Of a DNA stretch of 64,000 bases, positions 1 through 12,185 are shown piece after piece. A program made the position numbers and the translations under genes. Source of the DNA: Cetorhinus maximus (Eukaryota); NCBI RefSeq assembly GCF_964194155.1, contig NC_135901.1:8184001-8248000 (forward strand), given 5' to 3'. The stretch's first letter is position 1. Every line of letters starts with the position of its first letter. The notes under the pieces are model-generated. The model saw only the letters and a program-made list of their open reading frames with translations, searched no databases and was not told the DNA's origin.

Positions 1-988
1 AAATGATGAGAAAGAGGTAGGAATGCAGAACACTGACATTGATTTTCCTCTAGTCAAATTGGATACTATGGGGAACTTGAAAGCTTAAACGTAATATTGA
101 GTTCCCTTCCAGACAAGTGTCAAAATGATTTGGAAAAGCTATTGCAGTCATAAAAAGCTATTTGGGGAAATAAGTTGGGGAGGATAGATTTAGCCATATA
201 TGATGTCTCTGTAGAAGTTTCATCTTCGAGGAGGCAACATCCTTATAGATTAAATCTGGCAAAGTTATTACAAGTACAGAAAGAAATTGACTTCATGCTT
301 CAAAATGATATCATTGAGTCTAGTTGCAGTAACTGGAGCTCGCCTATAGTACTGGTACCGAAACTGGATGGAACACAGAGACTGTGTGTGGACTATCGAA
401 AGGAGAATACGGTGACAAAAGCAGATTCATATCCTAAGGTTAGAGGGTTGTATTGAGAAAGTGGGACAATCAAAATTTATCACAAAGATTGACTTGCTAA
501 AAGGATATTGGCAAGTACCGTTTTCGGAGAGAGCAAAGGCTTTTGTGACGCCAAATGGACTATATCAGTTTAAAGTCATGCCAGTGGCATGAAGAATGCA
601 CCTGTGACATTTCAAATACTGACAAAAAAATGTATTTGCAGGTCTAATCAATTGTGCGGTTTATATTGATGACTTAATAGTTTTCAGTCAGACACGGGAG
701 GAGCAGTTACAGCATCTGGAAGAGTTATTTACTCGATTACAAGAAGCTAATTTGGTGATGAGCTTGACTAGAAGTGAATTTGAAAAAGTGCAAGGTACAT
801 ATCTAGACCATACTATTGGATATGGTAAGGTGGCTCCAAAGGATGTGAAAGTCAAGTTTCGGGACAAATTTCAAGACAAAAGTGCCAGGCTATTCAGGTG
901 GAGTTTATTAACGCAACCATTTAATCTACAGATAATACATGTCACTAGGTGAGAGAATCTGATTGCAGATGCATTATCAAGTGTTTGA
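1..988 (+). mobile_element. Degenerate Ty3/Gypsy (Gmr1-like) pol remnant: RT plus truncated RNase H
   Basis: ORF 175-456 has PYR..SNWSSPIVLVPKLDGTQRLCVDYRK. Downstream frames give IDLLKGYWQVP, YIDD and RLFRWSL...NLIADALS*. Contains frameshifts and stops. Confidence 0.9.
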
Positions 989-1202
989 AACATAAAGGGA
1001 ATATTGGACATTTTAACACCTGGACACTGAACTGGAATGATTTCTGCTGATACCAAGGATTTGCATATATATTATGTTAATGAATGCAACTGGTAATGTA
1101 ATAGTGTAAGTATATAGTTAAGTATAGGAGATAGTGTAAGTTGGGTTAATAAAAAAGCTGTCTTTTAGAATTATGGGAGTTCATTTTTGTTAAGGAGGGG
1201 GA

Positions 1203-2151
1203 TGTCAAGAAGATATAATAATGCCCATAATGTTATTGAAAATTTTTAAAAATAGAGTTTAGTGGTGTCTGTATCTATGTATGTGTGTCTTAATTGGATT
1301 AAAACCAGCTGGTCTAGAGGCTTTGATGTATAGGAGAGAAGTAGATTTGAAATGGTAATTAGATAAACATAGAGAAATAGAAAGTGAGATGTAAAAGGGC
1401 CAATTTGCATTTTTAAATAGACCATTCAAAAGAGTGAGTGAAATATTACACCTAACCAGGTGTAACTCAGAAACAATATGCTTATTTTTTCAAAGCTTAC
1501 TAGCAAAGTGGGTATTATGAAAGAGTCTTATTGACAGAAGATTAAAAATTTTAAAAAAGCTAGTGACAATGAGAATTTGCATTTAAAGAGGAAAATATGT
1601 ATCAAGGAAGAGAAGGCTGTTGGTAAAAGGAGAGGGATTCTAAGATCTAAAGCCTCCATCAAGTCCGTATGCAAGAGCCCAGTGCTGAAAGAAACTCAAT
1701 TTGAATGTGACTGTCCAGGGAGTGCTTTGCCAGGGGTCATAGAGGTCTACAGCAGAGAAAAAGGCCCTTCGGCCCATTGAGTCTGCGCCAGTCAAACAAG
1801 TAACTAATTATTCTAATCCCATTTTCCAGCACTAGGCCCATTGCTTGTTTAAATCTGTGTTTTACTGTTGCCTTAAGTGAGGTGTAACTGAGAGTCAGGT
1901 TAATTAGGGGATTTTTGTAGTTTTTATAGCAGTAATTTTGTAGACATATGTATGTGCTTACAATCTTTCTTGTATTAATAAATGTCTAATTTAGTTTTAT
2001 AAAAAACCTGAGACTCAGTGGTCTTATTACTACTGAATTCAAAGCCTGCATCTCGAAACACACAAATTGCAAAAATGGGTTATGACAGTTGTTTCAAGTT
2101 TCCTTCCGGGATTTGAACATCTCAGCATTTACCATTGGCTGTGTCATAATA
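1203..2151 (+). mobile_element. 3' LTR of the Gypsy element, with a nested CR1-tail fragment at about 1736-1845
   Basis: Polypurine tract (aaggagggg...ga, 1192-1202) immediately followed by TGTCAAG; AATAAA near 1977; ends at gtcataata (degenerate ...ACA); similar to 33605-34560. Confidence 0.65.
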
Positions 2152-2164
2152 CCCACACAACCCT

Positions 2165-2520
2165 CCACTCAATGGATTTCCTCCCTGGCTGCGATCGATC
2201 ATCCCTATCTCTGTAATCTCCTCCACCCACAGAACCCCCTGAAACATTTGTTTATCTACCGTTGGCCTCTTTAATATTCCTGATATTAATCACCCCACCA
2301 CTGGTGGCCGCTCTTTCAGTTGCCAAGACCACAAGGGTTTTAAATTCCTCCTTAAACCTCTCCAACTCCCTATCTCAGTTTCCTCCTTTAAGGTGCTCCT
2401 TAAAACCTACCTCTGAACAAACGTTTGGTCACCTGAATTCATGTCTGCTCATGAGGCTCATTGTCAAATTTTGCTGTGTAACATTTCTGTGAAATGTCTT
2501 GGAATATTTTATTACATTAA
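2165..2520 (+). mobile_element. L2-clade LINE 3' fragment
   Basis: Matches the L2-type 3' end repeated at 5480-5800, 30200-30590, 37900-38250 and 59555-59900. Confidence 0.7.
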
Positions 2521-2539
2521 TTTGTATTTATATCACACT

Positions 2540-3360
2540 TTTGTCATTGACTTGGACATATATCACCGTTCCTTCATCGTCACTGGTGAATAACCTGTAA
2601 CTCCTTACCTAAGAGCACTGTGGGAGCACCTTCACCACACGGACTGCAGCGGTTCAAGAAGGTCAAACATCATCATCTCCACAGGTAACTAGGGATTGGT
2701 AATATCTGCTGGAATGTATGAAGAGAGAAACAAGGTTAACATTTCAGGTTGTGCAAAATAAATTACACGGAATTACAATGATGCAGAATTTGATGGTTAA
2801 TATAAGTTCTGAAACATGAGAGAAATGTACAATCGCACCGGAAAAACAATTCCTGACTGTAAGATGCTGCAGGAAGATAAAACTGGTAAGTCGGCAGCAC
2901 AAGGTCGAGGGATGAACAATGGTGGAAACCTCATTTAGACACGGTTGCAGAAGTAACAGTAAAATACTAAACACAGCTCAAACACACCCAGAGACAGAGG
3001 AAGTTAGACAACAGCAAAGAGGTGATCAGGGAGGGCAGAGGTGAAACAGGGCAGTGGAAGGACATGGATTAGATCCACCAGTCCAAGAGCCATGGAACCC
3101 CTTACAGACAACACAGCACAGCACTAAAAGCTCTAAATTCTAGATGAATGGTTAACTAAGCCGACAAGTGAACAATTTCGGTTTTCAATTTTAAAATCTT
3201 CTGCTGGAGCCTGCAGCTGGAAAGATATCAGAAGCACTGGAGTCAGAAAAAAATCTCCCAGTTGAGGAAATACCCGGGGAGCGGGGTGATGTCATTGAGC
3301 AATTGTCAGTGTGTGATGACATCACAGACACGAACACAGAACATCTGGGTCTGTACAAAC
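2540..3360 (-). repeat. Segmental-duplication block, copy A (ZNF unit upstream/intron sequence)
   Basis: Reverse complement of 29040-30200 and 41060-42400, e.g. ctgctggagcctgcagctggaaagatatcagaagcactggagtcag. Confidence 0.85.
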
Positions 3361-3563
3361 CAGTGGTCACCACACATTATGAAGGATGTGAGGGTCCTTG
3401 AGAGAGTGCAGAGGAGGTTTACTAGGATGGTTCCAGGGATGAGGAATTTTAGTTGCAAGGTTAGGTTGGAGAAACTGGGGTTGTTCTCCTTGGAGCAAAC
3501 GAGATTGAGGGGAGATTTATAGAGAGGTACAAATTTATGACAGGTTTACATGAGGTAGATAAA
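3361..3563 (+). mobile_element. CR1 LINE ORF2 C-terminal fragment
   Basis: [37 protein letters not shown]; homologous copy at about 28860-29040 on the minus strand. Confidence 0.85.
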
Positions 3564-4347
3564 GTGAGTTGAGATGAGTGCTTCAATCCAGTCCCACAGT
3601 GGGAGCACCTGAACGGCCTCTCACCAGTGTGAATTCGCTGGTGTGCGGTTAGTCCAGACAATCGAATGAACCCAGTCCCGCAGTGAGAGCACCTGAATGG
3701 TCTCTCATCAGTGTGAACACGTTGATGGGACATCAGTTCCCCAGAGCTTTTATAGCACTTCTCACAGTCTGGACATTTAAAAGGTCTCTCCCCAGTATGA
3801 ACTCTCTCATGTCTCAGCACATGAGACAATGGAGTGAATCTCTTCCCACACACATAGCAGGTGAATGGCCTCTCACTACTTAATTCGCTGGTGTACAATG
3901 AGTTGAAACGATCCCCTGAACCCAGTACCACAGTGAGAGCACCTGAACGGTCTCTCAACAGTTTGAAGACATTGATGGTACATCAGGTCCCCAGAACTTC
4001 TGTAGTATTTCCCACAGTCTGGACATTTGAAAGGTCTCTCCCCAGTGTGAATTCACTGGTGTGTCAGCAGGTCGGATAGCCGAGTGAATCCCTTTCCAAA
4101 TTCGGAGCAGGTGAACGGCCTCTCCCCAGTGTGAATGCGTCGATGAGCTTCCAACTCAGACGGGTAACTGAACCTCTCCTCACATTCCCCACATTTCCAC
4201 TGTTTGTCCCCACTGTAAACGGTGCTTTTTCCTTCCACGTTCAAAATCTGATGACATTCAGGTTACGATAAATTGAGCGACTCCATCAGATCCTGATGTG
4301 ATACTTGCTTTGAGTTTCCCAACTGCAAATCCTCCCCCTCTAATACT
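3564..4347 (-). pseudogene. C2H2 ZNF pseudogene (unit 1, subfamily A)
   Basis: ORF pieces 4053-4244 and 3461-3958 with HTGERPF linkers; TGA in place of the usual CGA at 4053-4055; Cys->Phe; frameshifts; GTG at the start position; 3' end cut off at the CR1 fragment; acceptor AG at 4348-4349. Confidence 0.85.
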
Positions 4348-4829
4348 CTGTGAAGTTGATTTAAAACAGAAAAAATGGGAGTGAGAGAGAACCCACAAAA
4401 ACACAAAGGCAAGTTGTGAAATTGAGATAAATGAATCTGGTAATTTGTGGAGCTGACACTAGCAAAAGTGACCATGAAAGCTGCTGGATTGTCATAACAA
4501 CCCAACTGGTTCACTAATGTCCTTCAGGGAAGGAAACCTGCCACCAAGACAAAGAGGAGGCAGAGAGTGAAAGAGAGGGATTTTATATATCTACAGCTCG
4601 ACTAGAACTTCGACAGAATCTCCCAAATCCTCAACCTCCACTAACTAAAAGGATGAGGGGAGCAGGTGTATGTGAACACCATCACCTCCAAGCTTCCCTC
4701 CAGGTACTGCAGCGGTTCAAGAAGATGGCTCACTCCCACTTTCTCAAGGGCAATTAGGGATGGGCAATAAATGTGGCCCAGCCTGCAACGCCCATAAATG
4801 AATTTTAAAAAGTCCGAGTCTCACACCGT

Positions 4830-5805
4830 GCAGATTTGTCTGACATCCAGCACTGGATGAGCAGAAATCTCCTCCATTTAAATATTCCTTCCCTGCCACT
4901 GGGTCAAAATCCTGGAACTCCCTTCCTAACAGCACTGTGGGTGTACCTACACCACATGGACTGCAGCGGTTCAAGAAGGCAGCTCACCACCACCTTCTCA
5001 AGGGCAATTAGGGATAGGCAATAAATGCTGGCTGAGCTACCAATGCTCACATTATTGCCTTCAGTGCCTACTACAAATTCCACTCCCTAACCACTGACTC
5101 TCTCCCTCTCCTTGGCAACTGCCTGAGGCTGAATCACACTGTTCAGAATCGCGAGATGAGCTTACAGCCACATATCCGCATCAACACCAAGACCGCCTAT
5201 TTCTGCCTCAGTAACATCACCCGACTCCGCCCTAGTCTCAGTTTATCTGCTGTTGAAAGCGTCATCCATTCATTTGTTACCTGTAGTCTAAATTATCCTA
5301 ATGCATACCCAACCGGCCTCCGACATTCAACTCCATCCTCCCACCCCCAGAATCTTGAGGTCATCCAAAACTCTGCTATCCATGTGCTTACTCACACTCA
5401 GTCTTGTTTACACATCACCCCTGTGCTCACTGATCGACAAAGGCTCTCATTTTAAAAGCACCAAAACTTTAAAATTCTCATATTTTCCTCCATGGTTGTG
5501 ATGATCCCGATCTCTGTATTCTCCTCCAGCCACAACCTTCGCCGCCCCCTCGCCAGGATCTCTACACTGATCTAATTCCAGGCACTTGAGCATTCCCGAT
5601 TTTAATCGCTCCACCATCAGTGACTGTTCTTTCAGTTACCTAGGCCACAGCTTTACGCCTCACTCTTTTTCTTTAAAATACTCCATAAAACCTACCTCTT
5701 TGACAAAGCTTTTGGTCTCCTGCCCTAATATGGCTCATGTGGCTCAGTGTCAAACGTTACTTTGTAATATTTCTGTGAAATGCCTTGGAAAATTATGCTA
5801 AAGGC
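4830..5805 (+). mobile_element. L2 LINE ORF2/3' fragment with a nested CR1-group LINE tail (about 4886-5050)
   Basis: WMSRNLLHLN..., KTAYF.LSNITRLRPSLS.SAVE.VIHSFVT.SLNY motifs. Confidence 0.8.
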
Positions 5806-5929
5806 ATAATTATTGTCACTGCCTTGGACATATATCGTTGATTTGCCTCATCAATTACACATTGTAACTCAAAGTGTGAAGCAGCTTGATGGACAATTGT
5901 CCTCAGTCTGTCATTGGGAACATTTCAAA

Positions 5930-6335
5930 AAATGCCCACAACAAAGATGGCGGCTGCGCACGCGCCGTGCTGCGCCCCGCCCACAATAAAGATGGCGACC
6001 GTTATCTCGGGGCTGCAATCGGAACAAAACTGCCGTCCTGGCTCCGTGCAAAAGTGGGAACGCTAAGGTCTTTTTCGGGGTTTTGCGGATTACGCAACAT
6101 GTTTACGAACCCTTTCGGCCTACCCACCGGATCCATCGCTTCCTCCGTCCCCCTACTTTTCCCCTTACCGATCCGGATCCGACAAATAACCGTCTCTCCA
6201 TTGCCATTTCTCCCTATGCGCATGCTCCAATGTTTTTTTCCCCACTGCGCCTGCGTACTGCTTTCCTGTGATGTGGATAGGGGATATTCCCCACCGCGGG
6301 GGATGATGGGTGAAGGCGTCGCCATTGAAAGTACA
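5930..6335 (-). promoter_or_regulatory. CpG-island promoter P1 and leader exon of ZNF unit 1
   Basis: CpG-rich; AAGATGGCG twice (YY1-like); TGCGCATGC and ACTGCGCCTGCG (NRF1-like); ZNF143-like site near 6300; minus-strand donor GTAAGG at 6168. Confidence 0.7.
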
Positions 6336-6429
6336 AATTATTGTATCGCGATTTGTTTTCCTGGTGTGGTACGGAGACTGGGGCAGGAAGATCAAATAAT
6401 AAACGTAGGAAACAAATTATATCGTTATA

Positions 6430-7716
6430 TTATATTGAAACTATTGCAGAAAATTCTGAAGGAGAGAATCTTTCGCCACTTGGATAGGCAAGGTTTGATC
6501 AGGGTTAGTCAGCATAGCTTTGTCAGAGGGAGGTCATGCCTAACAAATTTGATTGAATTTTTTGAAGAGGTAACCAAGTGTGCAGATGAGGGTAGTGCAG
6601 TTGATGTAGTTTATATGGATTTCAGCAAAGCCTTTGACAAGGTTTTGGCTTGTAGGAAGCAGAGGGTGATGACAGAAGGATGCTTTAGTGACTGGAAGCC
6701 AGTGTCCAGTGGCGTACCACAGGGATCTGTGCTTGGTCCCCTATTATTCGTCATTTATATAAACGACATAGATGACTATGTAGGGGGTAGGATTAGTAAG
6801 TTTGCGGATGACACAAAGATTGGCCGGGTGGTCAACAGTGAGGTTGAATGTCTTGGGCTACAGGAAGAAATAGACGGGATGGTCAAATGGGCAGATAAGT
6901 GGCAGATGAAATTTAACCCTGAAAAGTGTGAGGTGATACACTTTGGAAGGAGTAATTTGACAAGGAAGTATTCAATGAATAGCATGACATTGGAAGTTCT
7001 GAAGAACAAAGGGACCTTGGCGTGTGTGTCCATGGATCTCTGAGGGCGGAGGGGCATGTTAGCGTGGTGGTGAAAAAGGCATTTGGGACACTTGCCTTTA
7101 TCAATCGAGGCATAGGTTACAAAAGTAGGGAGATCATGTTGGAGTTGTATAGAACCTTGGTGAGGCCACAGCTGGAGTACTGTGTGCAGTTTTGGTCGCC
7201 ACATTAGAGGAAGGATATGATTGCACTAGAGGGGGTGCAGAGGAGATTCACCAGGATGTTGCCCTGGTTTTTTAAGTTATGAAGAGAGGTTGGATAGACT
7301 TGGGTTGTTTTCGTTGGAGCAGAGAAGCCTGAGGGGTGACCTGATCAAGGTGTACAAGATTATGAGGGACATGGACAGGGTGGATAGGGAGCAGCTGTTC
7401 CCCTTAGTTGAAGGGTTAGTCACAAGGGGGCATAAGTTCAAGGTGAGGGGCAGGAGGTTTAGGGGGGATGTGAAGAAAAATTTTTTTACCCAGAGGGTGG
7501 TGACGGTCTGGAATGCGCTGCCTGGGAGGGTGGTGGAGGTTGCCTCACATCCTTTAAAAAGTACCTGGATGAGCACTTGGCACATCATAACATTCAAGGC
7601 TATGGGCCAAGTGCTGGTAAATGGGATTAGGTAGGTAGGTCAGGTGTTTCTCACATGTCGGTGCAGACTCGATGGGCCGAAGGGTCTCTTCTGCACTGAG
7701 AGATTCTGTAATTCTG
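6430..7716 (+). mobile_element. CR1 (HER1-like) LINE, 5'-truncated, RT plus 3' tail
   Basis: QHSFVRGRSCLTNLIEFFEEV, VYMDFSKAFDKV, GVPQGSVLGPLLF, KFADDTK; tail gatgggccgaaggg. Confidence 0.93.
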
Positions 7717-9169
7717 AAACCCAACTGCGCGGACCCTCCATTATCTAGCAGAAAGGAGAATGGGATTTAGTGGAAAATAGAGAATCTCCAAAGAGCAGCA
7801 ATAACAGCAGAATCCAACCCCTACAGTCACATATGAACTTACTGGTGCCCCAGCAGGCGGGAAGAACAACTGAATCGCTACCCACAAACACAACGTTTAA
7901 AAAGCCTCTCTCCACCAGGTGCGAAAATTCAGTCAATCCTTTCACACGTGTAAATTATCTGAATGGTCTGTCACAATGTGGCTTTGCTGCCATGTCCTGT
8001 CAGCTCTGAAAATCCTCCCCCTGGTGCGACTACACAAGAGTTTCCATCTCAAATGGCAATGGAATCACTCCAAACAGTCAACAACAACAAAAATCTGCAT
8101 TTATATAACACCTTTACAAAAACACAATTTCCATACAATAAAAATGGAAACGCACACATTTTAGCAACATAAATCCGTGTCTCTGTTAAATGGTTCATCA
8201 CATTGTATAACATTCCTATGGTTGTACAACAGCAGATAATCTGGCTCAGTATGATCTGTGCTTTGGTAGATCTGCTGTGAATATAACACATAGGGAATAG
8301 CTGCGCATTTCATATTTGTTCTATCACATACATTTACTTTAATCAAATGTCTTGAAGCTGGTTGTCTCCCAGACTAATTTATTCAAAAACCTTAATAACC
8401 AGTGTTTGTTTCTCAATTTTTTTTCTACAGCTCCAGCATTCATCTGACCCCATTGTTTTTTCTCACTTCTGTTTTTAATCACTGTTGTCTTCAATATCTT
8501 TTTTCATAATCCACTTCCCATCTGTGTCCACCCAACTATTCAGATTTTGTTACAAAAGCTGGTAACGATGTGAAATATGTCATGCAGCCTGATATTTAAC
8601 ACTATTTTGGGGGGTGGGGATTGATTATTGAGTACAATTCATGCAAGATGTATTCCTTCTTAGTGAGTCCCATTTGAAACATTAACCATCACATTAGGTT
8701 TATATGGGAAAATGTTTTTTTTAATCGAAACCAAGGAAGCGCAAAAATTGTCCCAAAGTTCATGGCCATGAGCATGGGTGTCGAGTCCACATAGATGAAG
8801 CACAATTGCCAGTTGGTCCTCACCAGCAACAAGAACTCCCACTCCCCATCATCCCCCAGCCCCCTCAGCGCAGCTCCTGGCCTCTCCCTGCCATTTGAAG
8901 CTCCTCACATCTGCATCCTGTTGTTGTTGTATCAAGTGATTAAACACAGCTCCGCACTGTGTCCAGGAATTGCTTCCCATAATGTGCAAAAACACTCAGT
9001 CACTTCAAACACATCAACAAGGCAATAAGTAATGGTGGAGGCACTGAAATGGCAGGAGCTGGAACCGTGGTGAGAGCAGGAAAGTGATAGCATGAAGTTA
9101 GAGGGAAGGAGGAGTAAGATGTGTCAGTGTGAAATTGGAGGGTGGGGGGAAAAGAGGAATGTCTGTGTG

Positions 9170-9905
9170 GATTCCTCTATCATAGCCTTTCCTTGTCCTC
9201 AGAATACAACTGTGATTTGAAGGTGTTTCGAAACAGCAACACGCCATGCAGCAGAAGAACACTAATTTATACCTGGGTCTGGCAGTTCCTCCAGGGTTTA
9301 ATAACCTGCTGCCTCCAGCTCTATCAGACTGGGGCTGTGACAACTGGTGAGGGAACCAACAAGAGGGAAAATCCTTGAACTTATTCTCACCATTCTACCT
9401 GTCACAGATGCATCTGTCCACGATAGTATTGATAGGAATGACCCCACAAGGCCCTTGTGGAGTCAGAGTCCCACCTTCACATTGACAATTCTCTCCATCA
9501 TGTTGTGTGGCACTGCCACTGTGCTAAATGGGATAGATTCAGAAGAGATCTAGCAACTCAAGACTGGGAACCCATGAGGCAGTGCGAGCCATCAGCAGCA
9601 GCAGAATTGTATTCAACCACAGTCTGTAAACTCATGGCCCAGCATATCCCTCACTCCACAATTACATCAAACCAGGCGATCAAGCCTGGTTCAATGAAGA
9701 GTGCAGGACAGCAGGTCAGGAGCAGCACAAGCCATATCGGAATGTCAGCTTGGTGAACCTACAACACAGGACTGCTTGCCAAACAGTGGAAGGAGCCTAT
9801 GATAGCCAGAGGTAAGCGATCTCACAACCAACGTATCAGATCAAATCTCTGAAGACTTGTGTTCCAGAACTAGTGACACCCTCAGCCAAACCATTCCAGC
9901 AGCTT
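9170..9905 (+). mobile_element. CR1-group LINE ORF2 fragment (end of APE domain and linker)
   Basis: REPTRGK.LELILT.LP..DASVHDSI motif; probably the same family as 27165-28850. Confidence 0.7.
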
Positions 9906-10346
9906 TCCAAAGAAAATAAAACCCAGCCTATGAAATGCTTCCTCTTCCCAACTGTTTTTGATGTGAATAAGGTTTCAGTGGGAGTTCGCTAATTTCTCTC
10001 CCTTAATCTTATGAATCAGATCATTCTTGACATGGGTCCACTGCTATTGGGCACCCAGGGAGTGACCATTCTAACTCAGTGACTCTGAGCAGTTTTGTTG
10101 GTCCCGGGGCTTGAGTGAAACTTGCCACTTTTAAAGTGTCATCATTCATTGTACATTAGGCCGCACCTACAAACTGGTCTCTAGCATTTCCAGTGAAGTG
10201 GAGGAAGTTTGCTTTCATAAACCAGCAACTGTGATAAAGACAAAGCAGGATGGAGAAAGACTCAGTTGGAGCACAGTGACACAGTGGATGAATGGAGAGC
10301 TGAGGTTCACCCATGAAAGCACCAAAGTTTAAAGAAAAAGCAACAG

Positions 10347-10419
10347 CACCCAAAGTGGGGCTTGAACCCACAAACCTGAGGTTACAGGCCTCATGCACTA
10401 CTGACTGTGCTAGCCAGAA
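10347..10419 (-). tRNA. tRNA-Lys(CTT)-derived relic; anticodon position now reads TGT
   Basis: TTCTGGCTAGCACAGTCAGTAGTGCATGAGGCCTGTAACCTCAGGTTTGTGGGTTCAAGCCCCACTTTGGGTG aligns end to end with vertebrate tRNA-Lys-CTT; acceptor stem disrupted; T5 run 7 nt downstream. Confidence 0.8.
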
Positions 10420-11151
10420 GTTCAAGGGGCTGATGCTTTCCATTCAATCATTCACAGCTTCTCTTTCTTAGTTGCATCTCCTTCCAAACACTGTGATCCA
10501 TTTTCTTCAGGATTTGTTCCTGGATTTAATATTTACCTGCTTTGTGACCTCATTTTGAGATCAGATTCTCTTCAATCTCCAACACAAATTGAGTTGCAAA
10601 CCTGTCGGACAAACAATGGAAAACAAGTCAGTCGGTAACACAAATCCCATGGTGCTCATATTCAGATTCACAACAGTCAACTTTTAAAAAGGAAGGAGTT
10701 TTGCAGTGAAAATATTTAGAAAGTTGTTTTTATTTGCGACACACTCACTCGGGTATTCTGTAAATGCTGCTTGGAGGTTCAGTGACCGGGATATAATCTA
10801 CCTGCATTTCCCTGAGCTGGTGCTGGGTGTATTGGGAGGTTTGACCTGGGTTGGAGTATCTTGTATCCCAGGGATGGGCACTAACCCACTGATTGAAGCT
10901 GCAGTCGCCACTTTCTGCTGGCAGCGGGCGATTGGAGAGTGTGGGGCGGAATATTGCTGCTTTTCTGCTTTTCCCTGTCTCACTCACTGTGGAGCTGAGG
11001 AGGAGCGAATGGGTTTGTTTGAATCCAATAACTTCACAGATTTCCAATGGGTTAGACATAGGTACAGGGTAGGTCTAATCATTTTCTCATTAAACTTGAA
11101 ATAAATTAATCAATAATTTATTTGTGTGTGGCATGGGGCAGGGAGGGGGAT

Positions 11152-11455
11152 ATGGTGGCATAGTGGAAATATCACTAAACTAGTGATCCAGAATCCCAAG
11201 CTAATGATCTGGGGGACAAGGGTTCAAATCCCAGTGGAATTTGAATTCAAGTAATAATCTGGAATTGAAAAGCTAATCTCAATAATGATGACCATGAAAC
11301 CATTGTTGTAAAATCCCATCTGGTTAACCACTGCCCTTCAGGGAAGGAAACCTGCTGCCCTTACCTGATCTGGCCTACATGTGATTCCAGACCCACAGCA
11401 ATGTGGATGACTCTTAACTTCTTATGGTGTGATAAGCGACTCAGTTCAAGGGCAA
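11152..11455 (+). mobile_element. tRNA-derived SINE
   Basis: A box TGGCATAGTGG and B box GGTTCAAATCC; body repeated at 15665-15935, 14185-14625, 21500-21790 and 43085-43445. Confidence 0.8.
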
Positions 11456-11459
11456 CAAA

Positions 11460-11560
11460 ACCATAAAACGTTGGAAAAACTCAGCAGGTCTAACAGCATC
11501 TGTGGAGAGTTAAAAAAAACAGAGTTAACATTTCGAGTCCATATGATTCTTCTTCAGAGT
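11460..11560 (-). mobile_element. Penelope-derived terminal repeat with minimal hammerhead motif (family I)
   Basis: Minus strand CTGAAGA-A-GAATC-ATATG-GACTC-GAAA-TG-T-T followed by the family I body. Confidence 0.65.
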
Positions 11561-11869
11561 CATCCCTTCAAGCCGTTCAGTGTCTTGTCTATTACCAAGT
11601 ATTCTGATTGTCCCAAAGTCGAAATTAGGTTGAAATCCCTGATGTGCTGTAACGAGAATCCTTTCAATTTCTCAGATCAGTTAATTTCACTGATAACATC
11701 AGAATCAATGTTCCAGCGTCTTAAAGAAGGGAAAGGTGCCTTGACTGACACACACTAAGTCCAGATGTCAGTTTTTCTCCTCTTAACCCAGAGAAATTAA
11801 GACCACAGATGCTAAAACTGATTTCCTTGACATATTCTGATATATCCTGACCATTGACTAACTGTAAAT

Positions 11870-12090
11870 TTCTCTTGAACCTTGGGGCTGTGACTGCTTC
11901 CTGAAAGAAAGTGTCCAGCTGACTCTCCCCCTCCGTGATGGCCCTGATGTCTGCAGCTCAGACTGCAGCTCAATAACCCTGAGCCCAGGTTTCCTGAGCT
12001 ACAGACACTCACCACAGATATGATAGTTCAGGATCACAATATTCTCCAGAAACTCCTACTTGCTGCAGTCCCGGCACAGCACTTGCCCCG
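11870..12090 (-). mobile_element. CR1 ORF1 N-terminal fragment
   Basis: Degenerate CRDC...HICGEC...LRVIELQSELQ pattern typical of the CR1 ORF1 zinc-finger/coiled-coil region. Confidence 0.5.
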
Positions 12091-12185
12091 CAAAGAACTT
12101 TAAACTCTGGCCCAGTGATAGGAGTTATTACCTTCAGCAGAAATAAACAAAACATGTGATTAGCAGCTGCATCCAACCCCTGCAG

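Noticed and set aside
4263-4514. KRAB-like N-terminal domain in the VLEGEDLQ leader
   Set aside because: No resemblance to KRAB-A (VTFEDVAV..F...EW); interrupted by stops or frameshifts in the copies examined.
5886-7043. 385-aa ORF as a novel or domesticated RT fusion gene
   Set aside because: Chance read-through from the stop-poor CpG island into an internally deleted CR1 RT fragment that is frameshifted downstream.
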